This document shows, one piece after another, positions 22,901-35,738 of a stretch of DNA of 64,000 nt. Source of the stretch: Raillietiella orientalis (Eukaryota); the NCBI GenBank assembly GCA_036172245.1, contig JAYWIR010000043.1:1488001-1552000 (forward strand), in the 5' to 3' direction. The notes under the pieces are model-generated. The model was given only the letters and a program-made list of their open reading frames with translations, was not told the DNA's origin and made no database searches. How positions within the stretch are numbered: position 1 is the first letter of the stretch; each line of letters opens with the position of its first letter. The position numbers and the translations under genes were made by a program.

Positions 22901-25900
22901 GATCTGGCGTAAGGATGCGTAGGTCGGCTTCCTGTCGCGGGGTCACCAGTCTTTCGTGCAAATCCAGTACTTTGAAGATCCTTACGATGCCTTTCTCAGG
23001 AGACGTTGCTCCCGAATCCTCTCCAAAAAGAGGGCGGGGAGACAAAAAACGAAGGGCGTGAATAGTCGGCAAACAAGCGAAGCAGTGATTCCCGCTCCAT
23101 TCTTTTGTGGAATCGGTTCCCGTTCGGGAAGACGAGGCAAACTCATAAATCGCACGGGAGCGGCCGAACCTTTTTTTGCGTGTGAATTTTTTGCGGCAGG
23201 TCCGTTGTCGTTTCATGTGGTTCGGCAAGAAAGATACTTTCTGATTATTCAAATGTTGAGGCCATCGACTTCATTAAGTACCGTGGGAATAGGGAGACTC
23301 CCCTATCAGTACGCAGTGCTCTTTTTTTTTTTTTTTTGATTGCCGACAATTTCCCGGAGCACTCGAACTTTTCATGGAAGAACTCGTGTCGTGGACTGGT
23401 CAGCACTCCCGGAGGGCGTGCAGAAGGAACAGACGATTCTCTCAACGATTTGGAGAGCTGTGCACACGGAGAAACGAAGTTTGATTGGGTGACCGAGTGT
23501 GATCGTTTTAGTGGACAGCCTTGCCACCTCCCTAAAGAATGGATCGGGAAGCGTTTTGATCCGTCAGGTTGCCCATGAATCGCTGATTCATTTCGCTGAT
23601 TCGCTTTGGAACGAAGCAAAGGACGAAATAATGGACTCTCAGAGTTTCCGCGTGATGCTGCATCTCAAGGAGACAAACAAATTCCTCCACTGAGAGACCG
23701 AGCATCACATTTGCTTGGCATTGGGAGCTCCACTCGTTCGAAGGTGGAAGTTGCTCCCTTTTTGTACAGTGCGAGAGCTTGCGGTTCACTGAATGACAAG
23801 CAGCAGTGTTCGGCGTGAATCCCAAATGAGCTCTGATGTCTGCAGGTGCCGTCGGATTTTCTGTCCTTGCTGCTGCCTGTTGTCAAGAGACCTTCAGGAG
23901 TGATTCTGCCTTACTACGTCGATTCAACCTGTTGCGGGAATGATGACGGAAGTTGGCGGGGATTCGATGCCAGGATGCGGGGATTCGTTATCAGTATTAC
24001 CAAATTAGTGATGCCAACAGTTGATAATTGGAATGTGGCCCTAGATAAAGCGGTGAGCATCTAATAAGGTTACGCGTAAGGACCGGATCCTCATGGACCC
24101 GAAAACTTTTCATGCACCGTTAAGCTGAATTGCAGCTCATGATTCATTTCGCGATTTTCTTCCTCAGCATGCCAGTGCAAGGAAGTGCTCGGAACGATAC
24201 GAGAAAGAATGCAAAAAAATAAATAAATGAAAGGAAAGAAGAAAAGGAGAATTCACCTTTCTTCCTGATCGAATTGCTGCGTGTGTTTCTCGTGCGGAGG
24301 TCACGGACTTTATCCCAATCATTGCGAAATCCTCTCTCGTTACTCGCCATCTCCAAGACGCAAGGTTTCCCTTCGTCGGTTCTCTTAGCGGACGGGTGCC
24401 TCTTGTCATTCGCGCGGGATTTCCACATTTCCCCATAGAAGAAGAGGTCTTCTGGAAGAACGGGAACTGCTTATTCGGAAAAGAACAACTCTAATTGAAT
24501 GCCGTGTAGAGTGTATGCTTCATAACTCAAATGAGTCTTTGTGTGGGCAGCCGAGGATGTTCCTCTTCATGTGAGGGAGATGATTACGAGGAGGAGTAAC
24601 TACGATCTCTTATTCAAGAGGAAAAAATGGTGGCGTCTCATAAAGTTCCAATTATTTTCGCTTTGATTGCATTCATCTTTAATTTGCACTCGGATAATCT
24701 CCACAATTTCGAAATCTTCTTATTTCAAAGGCATAGACGGTTCGATTCGATTTCGTTCCTTCGAATCGCGCCCCGTTCCTTCTCTTCCGACTTTTGCTGG
24801 GAATTCCAAATGTCCTGCCATAGGGGGCGGCAACCCATTCGGTGCCTCCCACGCGCAAACCCCGCAAATGCTCCACGTTCGAGAACACTCTCTCCCCTAC
24901 CGCCTGTTTAACGAGCATTCCCAATCTTTCCGATGCTTCGCCACTTCTCGGATTTCGAGATCCGGGATCGCTCTTGCAATGCCGCAAGCATCTCGACGCT
25001 TTGAGGGCGAGCAGTGGCTCTAGGGTGTCGGCAGCTGCTTCTCTTATTCTGCCTCGCTCCGCCAGCTCAGTCGATGAATAGGGACAGCAGACATCCAGGA
25101 CGGCTACACTCTCCTCCCCGGAGTAGGTTGCCTGGTTTCAACTTGGAGTCCGAGACCCTGGCGTGGCGAGGCTGACGACGACCGACTCCGTGTTTTGGTG
25201 CGAACTCCTTGATTCAGGTCACCAGGTTACCATGCGCTGAGATAAGGGATGCCCACGGTTCTCGGATCTGCTCGTTGAATCTTGTGTAGGTTTCAGATGA
25301 TTTTCCTCCCCATGTAAGCATCGGTTGTTGGCGGTACGTTATCCTGGGTGACCATCCAGGATAACGTACCGCGATCCTCATCCTACCGTGATTCGTCGGA
25401 ACACGCCTTCGCACTTTTCCCAATGCTCTCGCTGCTGCTGCAGTTCGACGCTTCGGGCATCAAATCCCCCAGATCCGCAGGGAGTGCCTGTGGGGCCGCC
25501 TTTTCACCACCGAGAGCTCGACGTCCTTAGGCACCTCCTAAGGACGGTGCTGGAGATGTCAACATTTGGAAACAGCTGCCACCAGCGGGGTTGCCGGAGC
25601 CTCGTCAGGTGGATCGGGTAGGCCGAGGGGTTGAGAAAGAAACGAACAAGCCTCCATCGTCCATCCTTCCCCACCTTCCATTTTGCTGCCCAAGCGACGT
25701 GGTCCCACGACAGCAGAGAGCCCTTAGGTGCCAAAAGTGAAGGCTCAGGTGAGGTTGAAGAGAGAGAAAAGGTGCATGAAAGACTAAACGAGCATTGGCT
25801 GCAGATACCGCGCTTACTTTACTCCAGATCATGCATAGAAGATGGAGAATAATTGAATAGTGATAAAGGAAAAGTGATTCATATTTATCTCTGTGAAGCT

Positions 25901-26699
25901 GATCTGCTCATGCAGATGCATCAACTGTACATGAGATATTTCCATGTGCTTTTCGGTTGCTTACTTAGCTGTGACTTGTGGGAGTGAGAAGTGACCGATG
26001 CCTGAGGATTACTGGTGCTTTTGCGCTTGCTAGCTAACCCTTTTTTTGCGTTCCGTGTTCTGTGTGTTCCCCATCAAACAGAGGAAGAGCAGAATCCGCA
26101 TGGAGCAAATCCAGGAGGAGTCTTTCCGTGCAATGAAATCAAGAAAAACGATGCCGGAAACGACGATTCCATTTCAGGTCCCCCAATGCAGTGCCCATCC
26201 CAAGCGTGTCATCTGACAGATGGAATCTGCGACCAATTGAAAATTCTCCTCACGGGATGAACATCCTCAAAACTCCCTCCTTGCTTTTGCCCGTTTTCGT
26301 GTTTCGTGTTTTTTTTTTTTTTTTGCAAATGGTTCAGCTGGTGGCTTATCGGTTTCAAAGGAATGGAATGCGCAGAAGAAAAGATGAGAAAAGTGAAACA
26401 CAGAAAATTACTGATGAACGATGCAAATTTACGAGAAAAAAAGATGCACCTTGCAAAGAGCCATTTTAATTTTTTTTCACGGAATACCTCAATCCGTATG
26501 GAATGTACGGCTTGATGTTGGAGTCCATTCTCTATCTTCTTCCTTTCCCGATTCATCCCATTGCAGTCTGAGTTCGTTTGACCCATTGCTAGCCCAAGTT
26601 ACCAATTGGGTTTGCTCCGAAGATCTTGCCTGGTGACTCTGCCTTTAAAATCTGCCTACGGGATGATGGAAATTCTGCCGATGCTCCGATGACCTCAGT

Positions 26700-27100
26700 T
26701 CTGTGAATCGGGAATGTGCTCCCCCAACAAGGGACAGCAAACTCCAGCTGTGTGCATAAAAGAAAAATGGTCAGCGTTACGTGTGGTTTCCATGCTTCTC
26801 ATCCCTTCCTCTTCTCAAAAGCGTTTGAAAGCCATTCTCCCTGAAAGACTCGCGCGCAGATGCATGAAAGAGAGAAGAGTGAGGAGCAAGGCCTGGTGGG
26901 CGCAGATTTCAACAGCTTCTATCAGACTTGGATTTGCATTCGAGCTTCCTAAAACCACGTCCTCTCACGTTTGGACTCGAAGAAGAGGTCGCTCTTTTCA
27001 CGGACGCGAAGATGATAAAATGGTAGCCGAAATATTTCATCGAGGACCGTCAAAAGTGCTCTTGTACCATTTCAAAAGTTTTAGCAAAATACAGATCGGC
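26700..27100 (+). mobile_element. Decayed LINE RT relic
   Basis: SQKRLKAILPERL (~A.RLK.IL..II), ADFNSFY (~DF.KAFD), HRGPS (~RG.RQG), in the expected order. Confidence 0.38.
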
Positions 27101-27616
27101 ACTCTCGCGTGGGATTCCTCGGAAAAATCTCTTTGCATTCTGAAATTCGCATTGCTATTAGAATTCATCAGTATAGTTAGGAGAAGGATTGCTCATGGAT
27201 AGCGTGGAATGACTAATCATAATTCGCCGGTTATTCTCATGGGTGACCATCGCCAAGTGACAGACTTAATTAACAGGTCTGTCTCCATCAAATACGGGAA
27301 AAACGACTGTTTGTGCTTCAGACGGATTATGTACGCTTCTTAGCTCTTATTTGCGATCACCTTAGTGATTTCCCTATGCTGGGAACCCATAGTGTCACTA
27401 TGGGCAGTGGGCTGTCACCACTAGGGAATGAATGCATCTTCTGCTAAGGTATTCGTTGGAAGCTCAGGTGCTGATTGGTGCTACTGCCAACCAGGGAAGC
27501 AGGATCCACTGGTTTCCAAATATCTGCAGGCAGAAGCTGTAGATGTTGGTCTTTTTTTTTTTTTTGGAATTCCCCTACTTTATTTTGCTGCGGGGGAGTG
27601 GCACAGAACAGGAAGA

Positions 27617-27859
27617 TCAAAGATCATGGGAGATATCCGCGTCCTTCGCTAGTAAGCAGAAGAGGGAGTACGGATCCTCGAGGAGGTTCCTGGGGCTGTC
27701 GAACTCCTTAACGACGCCGGCATCCAGGACAAGGATCCTATCGCTGTCCAGGATGGTGTTCAGCCGGTGGGCCGCGGTGAGGACGGTGCAGTCGCAGAAC
27801 TCCTTGCGGATCGTCTCCTGGATGAGGGCGTCCATGTCGGTCTTCAGTGGCGTTACAAC
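27617..27859 (-). CDS. Terminal exon/fragment of an ABCC (MRP-like) ABC transporter, C-terminus of NBD2
   Basis: [65 protein letters not shown] closely matches the ABCC H-loop region (TIAHRLNTI.DSDR..VLD.G...E.D.P..LL). Open frame with high GC3, stop at 27617, AG dinucleotides at ~27860-27864. Confidence 0.88.
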   Translation of the reverse strand, partial: VVTPLKTDMDALIQETIRKEFCDCTVLTAAHRLNTILDSDRILVLDAGVVKEFDSPRNLLEDPYSLFCLLAKDADISHDL

Positions 27860-28499
27860 CTACTAGGGCACACATGAATTTCACAGTTCCATGCAGTCAT
27901 TCTCATTCTTGCTCCCTATTCTTGTTGCTAAACCTATGCAGCCATCGTGTTGTCCCTATGCCGACGGAGTCCTTTGCATATTTATATATCTACCGCTTCT
28001 TGTGACTTCCCTTCTCAAGCACAACTGCACAGTTCCTTGGGGAGTTCCTATATTTCTCCTTCTCTGGTCCTGCGCATGGGAAATTTTCACCACCCACAGG
28101 TTTCCTCTAAATAACCACAGATGCTTAGTCCACAGGCACCTTATATCGCAAAGATGAAAGATTAATGCATCTGATGCATCAGACGCCATCAGGCCCAAAC
28201 GACGAATGGAATGGAATTCTCTTCAATGAAGCATAGATCTCACTGTGGCACGGAAGACGTTCCAAACAGGAATCACAGCGCAGTTCGGGATCGAGAGAGT
28301 TCTGGAGGAGGCAGGCTGCAGTTCCTGCGGGAATGTCTCTCGGCATTATCAGCGAGATGATGCACCTGCCTGTGAGGTTCGGATGCCGCGACGGTGTTCC
28401 GGCGCACCCGTGAACCTAATGCAAGCGGATTAAAAACCACGTTCTTGCAAATGAGCCTTCCTTTCCGCAATGGAAGCGCGTCATCAATTTCGTCACCAA

Positions 28500-30750
28500 G
28501 GAGACATCCCGTCGTAAATTATTCCGGGAGTTCGGAAACCAAGGAGTCTGAAAGCACGTGCGGTGGAGATCCGCGCAGAAGCGATGCGCTGCTTCACGTC
28601 AAAGAGCGGTCCCACACGTCCAACGCAAAGCTGTAAGCTGTCATTTCGGCAGCTCTGAAAGAACCACGAAAATTGATTGCCCAGGAGCTGAAGGTCGCGA
28701 TGCATGTACCAGGAAACGAGGCCAACTGCTTCGCCCCGAAGCAATGCGTGACTCACCCAAGCAGCTTAATAATCTCGGAGGCTCGTTGCTGCGCGTACTC
28801 TGCAAGAGGAGGACTGGCGGATGTAGGCGGAGGAGATCCAGGAAATCTTGCTAAGTGATCTTGTCTTAAGGAGCTTTCACACAAATAGGAACAATCTGCA
28901 TATCTCGATGGCCTGGAGCTATGGCTGCTTCAGGACAGAACTCAGTGAAAATCAATGCGCATTGGAGCTCCTGGAAATATGAAGCCTCGTGGGAAGAACC
29001 GACCAGTTTTTGGTAAAAGTCCATTTTAGTTTGAGATCAAAGCGTCTTCCCTATCGGTCGTACAGGTTCGAATAAGATCGTGACGAAAGGTCGTTCAGTC
29101 CCGACTCAGAACCGCAATCAGGCTGAGCAAAGACACGAGAGAAACGATGAGCAAGGATGAACGGTTCGGACCGGAATGATTCCCGTCCGAGAAGGCAAAG
29201 ATTCGCAAACAGCACTTGAACGCGAGGAACGCGTCAAAGTGCCTCATGGCTTATGCTCCGCACACACTTTCGTTCAAAGTTCAAAGTGTGAAAGTGAAGT
29301 CTGTCTGGAGAAGAAGTCTGTCTAGGGATCGGCTTCGTCGTGCAAACTCCATGAAGCCGGAGAACTGCTGGAACCGCTGCTACTGCTGGAAAGTCTCAGG
29401 TGGCTGAAGAAAATTTCGACTCTTTCGAGGCCCGAGCCGGCGGTCGTGTGGCTGCGGTCTCTCCGCGCGTGGCACATCAAGCGCTGCGGGTTCGAATCCT
29501 CCCGGAAACGACCGACGTCCTGGAATGCCTGCGTCGTTGGTTCCGATTTGCCTAGCAGGATGACGCTGGGTAACCTCGGGTGGCTTCTGGTGCGGCACTG
29601 GCGGCAGTCAGAAACCACCAGATGACCCCGATGAGCGACCGGGATTGGATGCTGATGACCCTACGGGTTTCTTCCAGGAATCAAGGAGCCGGTCTCCCTC
29701 CGGGGTCCCCCTCCGGTCTTGTGATGAGGGACCCTTCATCGCTTACCATGGAGCTGGTGGTGGATCGATGCCTCTCCAGAGTGTGAAGAAGTCAGCTGCT
29801 CCCTTCGGGGAGCGACCCCTTCAGAGAAATCGGGAAGCGTCCCTTCGTGCTTCTCCTCAGAGAAGTAACAACATCAAGCCTTGCGGGTTCCCTCGGGAGG
29901 AGAAATTCCAGGAGCGTATCCTTTTCTGGGTCCCTTAGGGGAGAAGGACAGAAGGACAGAAATGAGGACCGGCTTCCTCCGGGGGCTCCTTTCTTCGAGG
30001 AGAATAAGGAAGAGCTTTCCTTCGGGGTTCTCTTCGGATACAACCATTTCCTATCAGGGCTCCCTCCCAAGCGTAAGAGGAATGGACTCCTTCCTCCAGA
30101 TCCTTTCTGGACTCATGGGTTGTTCTCTCCTGGGTTACCTCCTAACTCGAAGAGTTGCACTCGCCCTCAGGTGGCGTGGACAGCGTTCAAGAGCTTTGTG
30201 ACCCCCCTACGAAAGCAAGAGGTTCTTCAGCACTGTTGAGAACCAAAAAGAAAACTGGAAGGAAAGTAGGGAAAGTACAGAAGAACCCAATAATATTTCC
30301 ATCGTTCTAAAAAGGTCAGTGGCGGCCTCGCAGGGATCCTCTACGACATGGAAAAATTGGTATCTCATACCATGAAGCATTTTGAAGAGCTCGAGGAAGA
30401 CGGAGGTCTGTCTCAGTGGAGCGAAGGAAGATGTGTAGCCCGAAGGACCAGTTCTTTCTTTCACATGTGCTCATCACGTGGGTCCTAAGGACTGAACTCC
30501 GAGGGATGGTGAGGAATTTCGGGGATCACTGCGCCTCCTCAACCTACGGACCTAGCCCAGATTTCTCGGGAGAAGCTGATCATATCCATTTCTCGGGGTG
30601 TGCAACCCCGTAGAAAGAAGTTCTTCTTCCGGATGCTGCTCGTAAGTCCCCTTCGCGTAAGGATCGTTTGCTTCTCACTGCATCAATCCCCGGCCCTCAC
30701 CGCATCCATAATCACCCGGAATCACCTGTGATCAGAAAGCATTTTATTCC
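28500..30750 (+). mobile_element. Decayed L1-like LINE (EN to early RT) interrupted by SINE copy 3
   Basis: ANCFAP and VGGGDPG (~N.YAP, GGDFN) before the SINE; LLEPLLLLESLRWLKKI just 5' of it; GGLAGILY and FRGSLRLLN (~DGL..EFY, WRPI.LLN) after it. Confidence 0.45.
29434..30312 (+). mobile_element. tRNA-derived SINE-like element, copy 3
   Basis: A-box-like CGGTCGTGTGG; perfect B box GGTTCGAATCC at 29489-29499; hairpin GCTCCC-TTCG-GGGAGC at 29798-29813; ~40-bp internal repeats; A-rich 3' part. Confidence 0.85.
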
Positions 30751-32299
30751 TGAAAAGTGGAATTTTTCCCTGGAGCGCAACCTGATTTTCAGGTCATATG
30801 TGTCAGATAATCTTGGAAGTGGAAAAAAAAAAAAATGCTCGCGAAAAAGCGAACCCTGTTGCATGTGTCTCTCCTTCAAAAAGACTGGATCATTTGTTGA
30901 CGCTACTTATCTTTTAAAAAAAAAAAGAAAAGCAAACTGCTTTTATTAAAACTTCAGTCGTGAAGATTTTCTTCCTCTTTCGTGCTCCAAGGAAACTTTT
31001 GGAACAGGTGGAATAAGTGGAGCAATCCAGAAGCGGAACTGTTTGTTTGTTCTTCTGGTGCTCGAAGTGGTGCAACACTACTGGGAACTCTTTGCAGAAG
31101 ACATCATTGTGTATCTTCGTTTGTGGTACGTCACAAAGAGCCAGAGGACGTTTTCATTTCGGGAAAGGGGAGAGATGTGGTGTTCTTGTGGGAATGTTTT
31201 TCCTTCCATGGAAACTGAGGACGGCCGGGTGCATTTATATTCTTTCCAGAATTCATATTTCGAAAAGGTACGGGAAGAGTACGAGACTTCTGCCTGCATC
31301 TTCTTTGCTCAGCAGAACTCGATGCAACTACGCACACAAGCATCCAAGGTTTTGCCAGCCTCTTAGTGCTTAAAAGGAGCAAGTCGTTTCCGAGAGCTCA
31401 TTTTCATCAGCGTACGCTTTCTGCAAATACTCTTTCGTAGTACGACTTTTCATGAGCTTGTACACAACGTGCTTTCTTCCTGAATAGTCAGCACGCAATT
31501 CTTCATAGGAATAAACACGGTTGTTTGGAATCCAAATTTCATTGCAAACTTTGTGAATGTCTCTTTAAAAGACATCGGTAGGGTTCTGAGACCGATGATA
31601 ATCGATACGATGGTTAATTAAGATTAGACTGTAGGTTCGATGCATGAGTGCTGGTCCGCCGAGCCATGCATTTCTATAGACAGTGATGGAGGCAAGAGAA
31701 GATAGGGTATTCTTCTTCATGGCGGAGTACGGATAACTGGAACCGATACTTTGTACTTCAACCCTCTGTTCCCTATTCGCTCATTACTTATTCGGAGGAT
31801 GCGTGTTTGATCTGGCAAATCTGCGAAACGACTTGCATTTCGACTTGCGACCAGGAAGAGGCTGCGGTTCTGCGATGCTCGGCTTGCAGTTCTCACGACG
31901 CAGCGATTTTTTCCTGCCTTGTAAGGAGGCTGCTCTGAAAGGAGGCTCGCGACCACTTCCAGCAGTAGCAACTGCATCTGGAGGGAAGAGCACAGTCGGA
32001 TTTCGGGAATCTCCAAGCTGCCCTCGTGACGAGAAAGCCAGTTCGAAGGGTCAAAGTTTGACCAGACCGCGGTGAGCGATTCCTTCGTGTTCAGAAACGA
32101 ATCATTCGCATTTCCAAAGGAAACGCACTGCCAACTACCACGAAGACAAGGTAGGAAGACGGAAGCTCTCCCGGCTTTTTCCTCCTTTGTCTGAGGAAGC
32201 TGACTGGCAAATCATTCTCTGGAGAGGAAGCTGCAATCACACGCTTATTTTTTCCACCATCAGCTTTCCGATTTCGATTGTTCGTCGTTAAACGAGATT

Positions 32300-32600
32300 G
32301 CCTTATCTCTGGTCTGGAAAGATTGAATTCTGTGGACAGAATTTCACGTTTCTCCCACGTGACAGCCGAGGGCTTTATCGTGGACGGACTGAATCAATCC
32401 GTCCTCCTCACCGTGGTTTCGTGCAAGGGGAATTCGTGGAGAAGCAGTTTGATACGTCGGGCATCAGGCCTTTTCCCATCCACCTTCAAAGAGACTTCTT
32501 GACAACCATTTCGTGCTCTTCCGTTAGATGGTGGCAGTCTTTCATCTCCAGGACCTCGTCCATTCAGCCGTCATGCGGCACGTCATGTGACAATTTAGAT
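32300..32600 (-). pseudogene. Possible decayed NACHT-NTPase fragment
   Basis: HDG*MDEV (~Walker B DG.DE) followed by GKGLMPDVSNCFSTNSP (~G.LLP.A.VLITSRP); contains stops. Confidence 0.22.
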
Positions 32601-33964
32601 TGCTGCATGTAAGAAGGGAAGACTTCAGAGGAAAGAGTATTCTTTCTCATCCAGAGTTCTGGGACGCTCTTTCGTGTGTGAACCACGTTTGATGATGGTT
32701 AAGCAGAAAAAGGGAAATAATCTCGGAAAGCTGTAATCCTCTCTCACTCACAGCAATTCCCTTTGAATTGCTCAACACAGTTTACTCCTGTCAGGAGTGA
32801 GCAAAGAAGGCGCCAAGAGCTGGAGGTCTCTGTCAACAAACGTAAAATCACGACTCGTTCATACGCCTATCATTTTGACCCTAATTCGCAAATGATTTCT
32901 CATTATTTGGAAATGACTGGAGGAAAGGTGAGAGATACGACAAATGGGAATTGCAGTTAATCTTTTGTTGCTGTTGAGACTCCTAAACATACACGATGAA
33001 GCTGCATCCAAATAACATCTGAAACTCGGAGCAGCCGGGACGGCCATTCTGCAGAGAAATGAACTGATAGAATGAAATTCCTCCTGCACTTCCGATTCAA
33101 CACTTCTGCGCTCAGGGTGCCAATCCTCCTTTCCCGGATGCTCTCCGACGGCCTCCTGGGTGCCCCTGCGAGCGCTTTTTCCTCGGCCAAACTTTCCAAA
33201 TTTCTGCTGGTTCACTTGAGGGCCGGTCGATGAAGTCTTTTTACGGACCGCGAACCAAAAAGAAAAAAAACCAAAAAAAAAATGAGAAAATGGAGTGGAT
33301 GCACACCAGCTTTTGTGTTCGTCTTCCTCGTGCTCTAATGTTCAAACGTGACGCCACTGCACCTCCTGTTCATTTCAACGAAGAGCCGAGTGTCGGTTGC
33401 CTGGTTCAGCTCATCAGCATCCTCCCATTCTCCCAACCACCTGTTCGCGAGGATTGCAAGGAGTTTCTCTCCTGACAGCTCCTGACAACTCTTCCGCAAG
33501 ATTCAACCATGCAGCATCTTCGGTGAAGAGTCGACTTCGTTCCTGTCATTCACCGTTAAGGATGCACTCGAGAGGAATGCACTCACTGCTTTTATCTCGA
33601 GTGCTTCGTGAGCTTCAGCTGGTCCAAACATCAGCACGCCGTGTAAACTCAGTCGTTCTTCCAGTTTGAGTGATGTTAACGTGTTCAGATTTTGTCCTTT
33701 TCCACTTCTCTTTCAAATAGAGCTTCCTTCTTGTAGGATCCAGAAGGTGCATCTGAGGGAAGGAATGCTTACGTATCTTCTCCTTGGCATTGTGGAACAC
33801 TCGCCTGGAATTGTTTATCTCTGGTGGAGTTAACGTTTAAAGCTACGGATTTTACATGGAAAAAGGATTTTTCCTACTGTCACTTACTGGTGTTCACGCC
33901 ATCCTGCTTGAACCCCCTGGAAGAAGCGATGATTGGAAGTTCTCCATCCCCTCACGCCGAAGAG

Positions 33965-35738
33965 TTTATTTAATAAAAAGCATACCAGTAGGAAACGCTC
34001 TGGTTCTCAACCAAAGGCGGGAGTTCAGGGAGACGGTCCGCCGACACGCAGGTCGGGATATCCGAATGTCCGGGACGAGAAGGAGAGGAGGAAGAACGAA
34101 AAAGGTGAGAAAATGCGGGAGGGATGGAGCAAGCGTCTTTGGCTCTGCTCCGCGTACACAGAGATGAAAGCATAAAAACCGGGAAAGGTACGCAGCGAAA
34201 GAAGCAAACAAATACAGGGAGGCTGGGAACAACAACACTGATGTCCGCCGTCCCTTCACTTCACAACCGGCTCTGGATGCCGGCGATCTCCACCTTGACT
34301 TCTTCTTGCAGGTGAAGACTTCTTCTCGCCGTCGTCCTCTTCTAGGCGATTGTCATCCCGGGGACTTCCCTTCGCTGCGTCGTCGTCCCTAGCACATGGT
34401 GGGCCGTGACGGCAGCCAACGGTTGCCATCATCGCACCCCGTGAGGTACCTGGCACCTGCCTACCGGCTAGGTGGGAGGTTTCCTGCGAGATCTCGTCCC
34501 GCAGGAAACCCATCGGACACCGCGTGAGCTGGCTGACGCGGCAACAGCAAGAACCGCCTCCAAAGGACTGGAACGTTGGGGCGAGCTCTTTTCCATTCGG
34601 CCTGAAGAGTTGGAATTATCCCCTTTGTTTATGGACTGTAAGCTGCTTCCCCTCAAGTGGCAGAAATAGGCGCTGCTGGTGCTGCACTGGGGTCTCTTCC
34701 GTGCAATGCGCGCCGGCACCACTGGACGAGAGGAAGCGCATCGCCGAACTGTGCCAGGTGTGGAGAGAAGATGACTTTCCCCCACCTCATAGTGCACTGC
34801 ATCGCCCTCGGGGACTTGTGGGAACGCTTCTCCGTGTCCCTTCCTCAACCCGCAGACGATCCCAGAGACCTTCGAGGCCCCTCTTCGCGCGGGACGCCAT
34901 GACACCCGCAGGCGCGATCGCAGCGCTATGCTGAGTATGCGGTGTCGTCGCGGCGAAGTGCGACGCCGTGGGAGGACGAAGCGACGGGGGGGGGCTGTCC
35001 CGCACGCCATCGCTTCCTGCAGGTAGCTTTGGGATGGCACCACCTGGAAAGGGAGAAGGACGAGCTCTCAGGCATCCTTCAAGTGATTCAGAGGGCTCAC
35101 CCACCACGAAATGTGATCCCTTCCCTTCCCCCAGCTGATCTTCTTGTCAGTTTCTACTTTTTGCTGTAGTTTGTTTCCTTTTTTTCCCTATTTTTTCTTC
35201 ATCCCGCCTCCCCTTCGTGGGCATGATGGACCTCGCCGGATCCCCCTCTTTTTCCTAATGTAATAATTCGAATCAGCGAGCCTTTTGTCCCCATCGACCC
35301 CTGCTAAAGGATCAAACGTCCCGGATGACCCGGGTGTGGAATCACCGCACCCCGTCGAAAAGCCCTGCGGGCGAAGAGCCTTCGCAGCAGTGTCCTCCTG
35401 GTGAGGACGCGCTGACGCTCACCTCCGCCACGGACCCTGGATGGCACCGGAGCGCAAAAGCAGCTTCGGCGGGATGCACTCCGCCGACCCGCCCCTGGCA
35501 CAGTTCGGGGATGCGAACCCTAAGGAGACGCCGCTCGTTGCAATTTGGGAATCCCCAGGGAGGAAGGGCTCCGCGAAGTCGTGGGTGACCTGGGGCTGCA
35601 TGAGCAGCGGCGTGGCCGCGGGGCAAAGGAGAAGCGACATGAGCGCACGATGCAAGTTGCCTGCCACGAGCGTTCCTTGCAGCAGACCTCCGTTACTCTT
35701 CTGCTCTTTCTTCGAGTTATCGCCGGATGAATTTCGAT
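33965..35738 (-). repeat. Repeat B copy 1: subfamily-A LINE 3' end carrying a nested antisense subfamily-B fragment
   Basis: Near-identical reverse complement of 53813-55588. Contains the SPNCARGGSAEC finger relic and ends at AATAAA. Confidence 0.95.
34443..35340 (+). mobile_element. Nested 5'-truncated subfamily-B LINE fragment
   Basis: LLPLKWQK, SPNCARCGEKMTFPHLIVHCIALGDLWERF. 15-bp TSD ATCA(T/C)CGCACCCCGT at 34428-34442 and 35341-35355. Confidence 0.88.

Noticed and set aside
29434..29510. Functional tRNA gene (perfect B box; also 50927-51000)
   Set aside because: The acceptor and anticodon stems do not pair, and the sequence is the head of a dispersed ~0.9-kb repeat.
29650..29690. Hammerhead ribozyme at CTGATGA (also ~297, ~37483, ~44397 and minus-strand sites)
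   Set aside because: None has a paired stem II closed by GAAA together with stems I/III and an NUH site.
29790..30050. CRISPR-like array of ~40-bp units
   Set aside because: The units are degenerate tandem repeats without unique spacers, there are no cas genes, and the context is eukaryotic.
30982..31370. PAN/apple-like cysteine pattern (also ~62840-62900)
   Set aside because: Too few conserved cysteines and no clear exon boundaries to support a call.
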